The notes beneath the pieces were generated by a model. The model did no database searches. It was not told the DNA's origin and saw only the letters and a list, made by a program, of their open reading frames with translations. Below are positions 56,397 through 64,000 of a DNA stretch of 64,000 nt, in pieces. Origin of the DNA: an uncultured delta proteobacterium (lineage in GTDB: Bacteria; Desulfobacterota; Desulfobacteria; Desulfobacterales; Desulfatirhabdiaceae); assembly GCA_963789395.1 (NCBI GenBank), contig CAWBKP010000022.1:160001-224000 (forward strand), read 5' to 3'. Both the position numbers and the translations under genes were made by a program. The stretch's first letter is position 1, and each line of letters opens with the position of its first letter.

Positions 56397-56717
56397 TTAT
56401 TTTTTCGGTTGCTCCTCAATCACTTCATTGACCCAGGCCATGGCTGCCATCATGTTGGGAAAGCCAATTGTCGTCAGGGAAAGAAGTATGGCATGATAAA
56501 TTTCCTCAGGGATGGCTCCGGCTGCCAGGGCTTTTCGTGTATGAGACATGACACCACCACGGGAATTACAGCCCATGGCGATTCCCAGCTTGATCAGATC
56601 CTGGGTTTTGGCATCCAGGGGGCCTGCGTCCCGGCAGGAAATGCCCAGTTGTTTGTAATCTTTGAATACAGCTGGATATTTTTCGATAAATTTTTGATAA
56701 ATATTCGGTAGATACAT
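56397..56717 (-). CDS. Carboxymuconolactone decarboxylase family protein
   Basis: GPLDAKTQDLIKLG...SHTRKAL...EEI...TTIGFP; GAGGAGG RBS. Confidence 0.85.
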   Translation of the reverse strand: MYLPNIYQKFIEKYPAVFKDYKQLGISCRDAGPLDAKTQDLIKLGIAMGCNSRGGVMSHTRKALAAGAIPEEIYHAILLSLTTIGFPNMMAAMAWVNEVIEEQPKK

Positions 56718-56938
56718 GCTGCCTCCTCGAGTGGAATAAAGTGGTGAACATAATGTTTCATCTGCTTTCCCGCACACAGCCAGGATGGACATGATAGGGG
56801 GCAGACTGGAAATATCCGCTTGATTTATAACCACAGGACATTTATTACCTGTGCCAGAAAAATATTCTGTTTATATATACGCATGCCAATTGTGATTTTC
56901 AACTCAATTATGTATCCGGCAGGGGGAACCTTATCACT

Positions 56939-57601
56939 ATGCAACCAATCTGTACTGACTTGAAGCGGAAACTCTGCCTCGATGCTCTGAAAACCCTGTG
57001 CCGAATATTCTGGGGGCCAGAGCTTGCACTTTGTCAGGATATCAAAAATGGTAGCTTCGTTATGCTGCTGCAGGATGTTTCGGATGTTTTCAAAACGGAC
57101 TTGTCTTTCGACGTCAAGGCCGTGGAAACGCTCATTGACAAAAACGAAGATGATGAATCCCTCTGTGAGGTGCTATCCGATGGCTACATCGCGCTGTTTG
57201 TCAACGACATGAAGGGGATTCCGGCCCCCTTGTATCATTCATGTTATCTGGCCTCGGACACCCGGCTGATGGGCTTTCCCGCCTTGGATATGAAAAATCG
57301 CCTCGATCGACACGGTCTTTCCATTTCCCTGCCTGGAAATGAGCCTGCGGATCATCTCGCGATCGAATTGGAATATCTCTATTATTTGTTGAATACAGGA
57401 TGGTCGAAATCCAGCGGCAACTATATTCAGGAGGCGATTCAGTTTGCTCGAGACTCGATGTACGGTTGGGTGCGCCTGTTTTACGAACGCATTCTTGCAG
57501 ATGACAGGTTCCCATTTTATATGATTGCAGCAAGGCTGCTTTGTTTAATTATACGAAGCCTGGGGGAATCACAATGTTTCGTCATGCAGGCGAAAACCTG
57601 A
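56939..57601 (+). CDS. TorD/DmsD family molybdoenzyme chaperone
   Basis: YIALFV, APLYHSCY and EPADHLAIELEYL motifs. Confidence 0.85.
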   Translation: MQPICTDLKRKLCLDALKTLCRIFWGPELALCQDIKNGSFVMLLQDVSDVFKTDLSFDVKAVETLIDKNEDDESLCEVLSDGYIALFVNDMKGIPAPLYHSCYLASDTRLMGFPALDMKNRLDRHGLSISLPGNEPADHLAIELEYLYYLLNTGWSKSSGNYIQEAIQFARDSMYGWVRLFYERILADDRFPFYMIAARLLCLIIRSLGESQCFVMQAKT

Positions 57602-57706
57602 ATCCGGTTTGATTTCAGCATGATGTGAAGATGAAAATGCCTTGGACAGTCCAGACAATAAAGAAGTCGCTGATATGAAGGGGAATCATCCTGGATAAAA
57701 AATAAT

Positions 57707-57735
57707 TTGACAACGGGCTTCAACCAATATAAATA
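57707..57735 (+). promoter_or_regulatory. rRNA operon promoter P1 (sigma70)
   Basis: TTGACA-17 nt-TAAATA with A-rich UP element and GC-rich discriminator. Confidence 0.65.
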
Positions 57736-57822
57736 GGGCGGGCTTTTGGTGGTGAAGCGAATTTCTGGACAAGGCCATCTGAAGAATTTTTTCTGATCCG
57801 CGAAAAAAACACAAAATAACAG

Positions 57823-57851
57823 TTGACAAAGCGGCTGAAAAAAAATAAATT
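57823..57851 (+). promoter_or_regulatory. rRNA operon promoter P2 (sigma70)
   Basis: TTGACA-17 nt-TAAATT with A-tract upstream. Confidence 0.6.
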
Positions 57852-57897
57852 AGTCAGGTTTGGATGTGAGTAGGGAGTTTTGATCCCATCGCAATTT

Positions 57898-57923
57898 GAT
57901 CTTTGAAAACTAGATAGTGACAG
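57898..57923 (+). promoter_or_regulatory. boxA antiterminator and 5' arm of the 16S processing stem
   Basis: GATCTTTGAAAAC; AACTAGATAGTGACAG is complementary to CTGTCACTATCTAGTT at about 59593-59608. Confidence 0.75.
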
Positions 57924-57979
57924 CTTGTGAGTTTAAGGAACCCAGTTAATTTATCCGCGAGAGCGGATATTAAATAGTT

Positions 57980-59544
<1,565 letters not shown>

Positions 59545-59698
59545 CTAAGGAAGCAATTCTTAAAGAAAGAAAAAGCATTTCCTTAATAAACACTGTCACT
59601 ATCTAGTTTTGAGAGATCAAGTTTTGTTCTTTCAATTGATGAAGTAAGGCTCAGCCAACGCGTTATTAAAGGGGTAAAGCCCTCTTGAAAATGTTTTG

Positions 59699-59776
<78 letters not shown>

Positions 59777-59801
59777 TTCTTATCAAGAGGTGAGTAGCTA
59801 T

Positions 59802-59877
59802 GGGGGTGTAGCTCAGCTGGGAGAGCGCCTGCCTTGCACGCAGGAGGCCATCGGTTCGATCCCGTTCACCTCCACCA
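59802..59877 (+). tRNA. tRNA-Ala (TGC)
   Basis: GGGGGTG/CACCTCC acceptor stem with G3:U70, TTGCA anticodon loop, CCA end. Confidence 0.97.
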
Positions 59878-59999
59878 AAAAGATGTGCGAGTCAGTGTTT
59901 CATCAATGTTCTTTGACAATTTGAAAGTGTAGTACACAGAAAACGAATGAAGATGTAGTAGTGTCAAAAGCATCAGCATGATTGTGATAAGTGATTTGT

Positions 60000-63017
<3,018 letters not shown>

Positions 63018-63094
63018 ACAAAACAGTTGTCACAATCCTTTTTGTGTACGCATTTTTAAATTGTCCCAAAGACTTAAAGCCGAAAATACCCTTT

Positions 63095-63210
<116 letters not shown>

Positions 63211-63220
63211 AATCTTATAT

Positions 63221-63259
63221 AAAGCCTGTCTTCACCTTGCGTGATGACAGGCTTTTTTT
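63221..63259 (+). terminator. Rho-independent terminator of the rRNA operon
   Basis: AAAGCCTGTC...GACAGGCTTT stem followed by a T-run. Confidence 0.88.
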
Positions 63260-63448
63260 GTTGTTTGTGATACGCTTGTGCCGCCGTATAAAAAATAAAT
63301 ATATCAGACGGTCGGGTCAAATTCAGGGTTTGTAATAGAATTGTCTTTCCTCATATCCGCTTTGCTTTTCAATGTATTCCTCCGTATTATATGATTATTA
63401 ATAATGAGGACTTTTAAAGAATGTTTGCATATACGATATGGGGGGATA

Positions 63449-64000
63449 ATGGATTTTCCTGAACTTAAAATCGGCGATCTTGTCTGCCGCATTCCGATTA
63501 TTCAGGGAGGCATGGGGGTTGGAATCTCCATGTCCGGACTGGCATCGGCTGTGGCGAATGAAGGCGGGATCGGCGTGATTGCCGGCGCCATGGTCGGTAT
63601 CGACGAGCCCGATATTACCGAGAACCCGGTTGCGGCCAATGTCAGAGCTCTGAAACAGATGATTCGAAAGGCAAGGTCCCAGACAGCAGGGATAATCGGC
63701 GTTAATATCATGTTCGTTCTGACCCATTATCCGGAGCTAGTCAAAGCCGCGATTGAGGAGGGGGTTGACATCATATTTTCCGGTGCCGGCCTGCCTATGG
63801 ATCTTCCCGGATATCTGACAAACGGTGCCAGGACTAAGCTGGTTCCTATTGTTTCATCTGCCCGGGCAGCCAGGTTGATCTGCCAGAAATGGCTGTCAAG
63901 ATTCAATTATATTCCGGATGCGTTCGTGGTTGAAGGGCCAATGGCCGGTGGGCATCTGGGCTTTAAAAAAGAACAGATCGAAGATCCGACCTATGCCATT
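63449..64000 (+). CDS. Nitronate monooxygenase / FabK-like flavoprotein (3' truncated by window edge)
   Basis: MDFPELKIGD...PIIQGGMGVGIS...LASAVANEGGIG...SGAGLP...VEGPMAGGHLG; no stop before the window end. Confidence 0.88.
   Translation, partial: MDFPELKIGDLVCRIPIIQGGMGVGISMSGLASAVANEGGIGVIAGAMVGIDEPDITENPVAANVRALKQMIRKARSQTAGIIGVNIMFVLTHYPELVKAAIEEGVDIIFSGAGLPMDLPGYLTNGARTKLVPIVSSARAARLICQKWLSRFNYIPDAFVVEGPMAGGHLGFKKEQIEDPTYAI

Overview
Chromosomal window from a sulfate-reducing Desulfobacterota bacterium (Desulfobacterales-like by gene content; the 16S gene is present and can test this). From left to right: dsrK(partial)JOP, glnE and a TetR regulator; a divergent acyl-CoA/lysine-acetylation cluster (sigma54-preceded USP-AcuB-Pat operon on minus; CoA-transferase-GNAT fusion coupled to an ASKHA/RACo-type activator on plus); ssb, TIGR02757-like, FmdB-like, a 60-aa dual-CXXC selenoprotein missed by the ORF track, and truA; an aminotransferase, TsaP-like LysM protein, saccharopine-dehydrogenase family, gmd-fcl, SprT-like protease and a sensor kinase; type IV pilus pilMNOPQ followed by two Ig-like surface proteins and gspF; a convergent uncharacterised operon of two OPT-like membrane proteins, two hypothetical proteins and a hidden PqqD/RRE-like gene; arginase, tamB plus an Omp85 gene, mpl, hemL, pcm, dedA, acyltransferase, CMD and a TorD-type chaperone; a full rRNA operon (16S-tRNAIle-tRNAAla-23S-5S); and the start of a nitronate monooxygenase-family gene. 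Many genes are split by single-base indels, most likely consensus errors. No CRISPR array or mobile element was seen. Family assignments come from motif recognition, not database searches.
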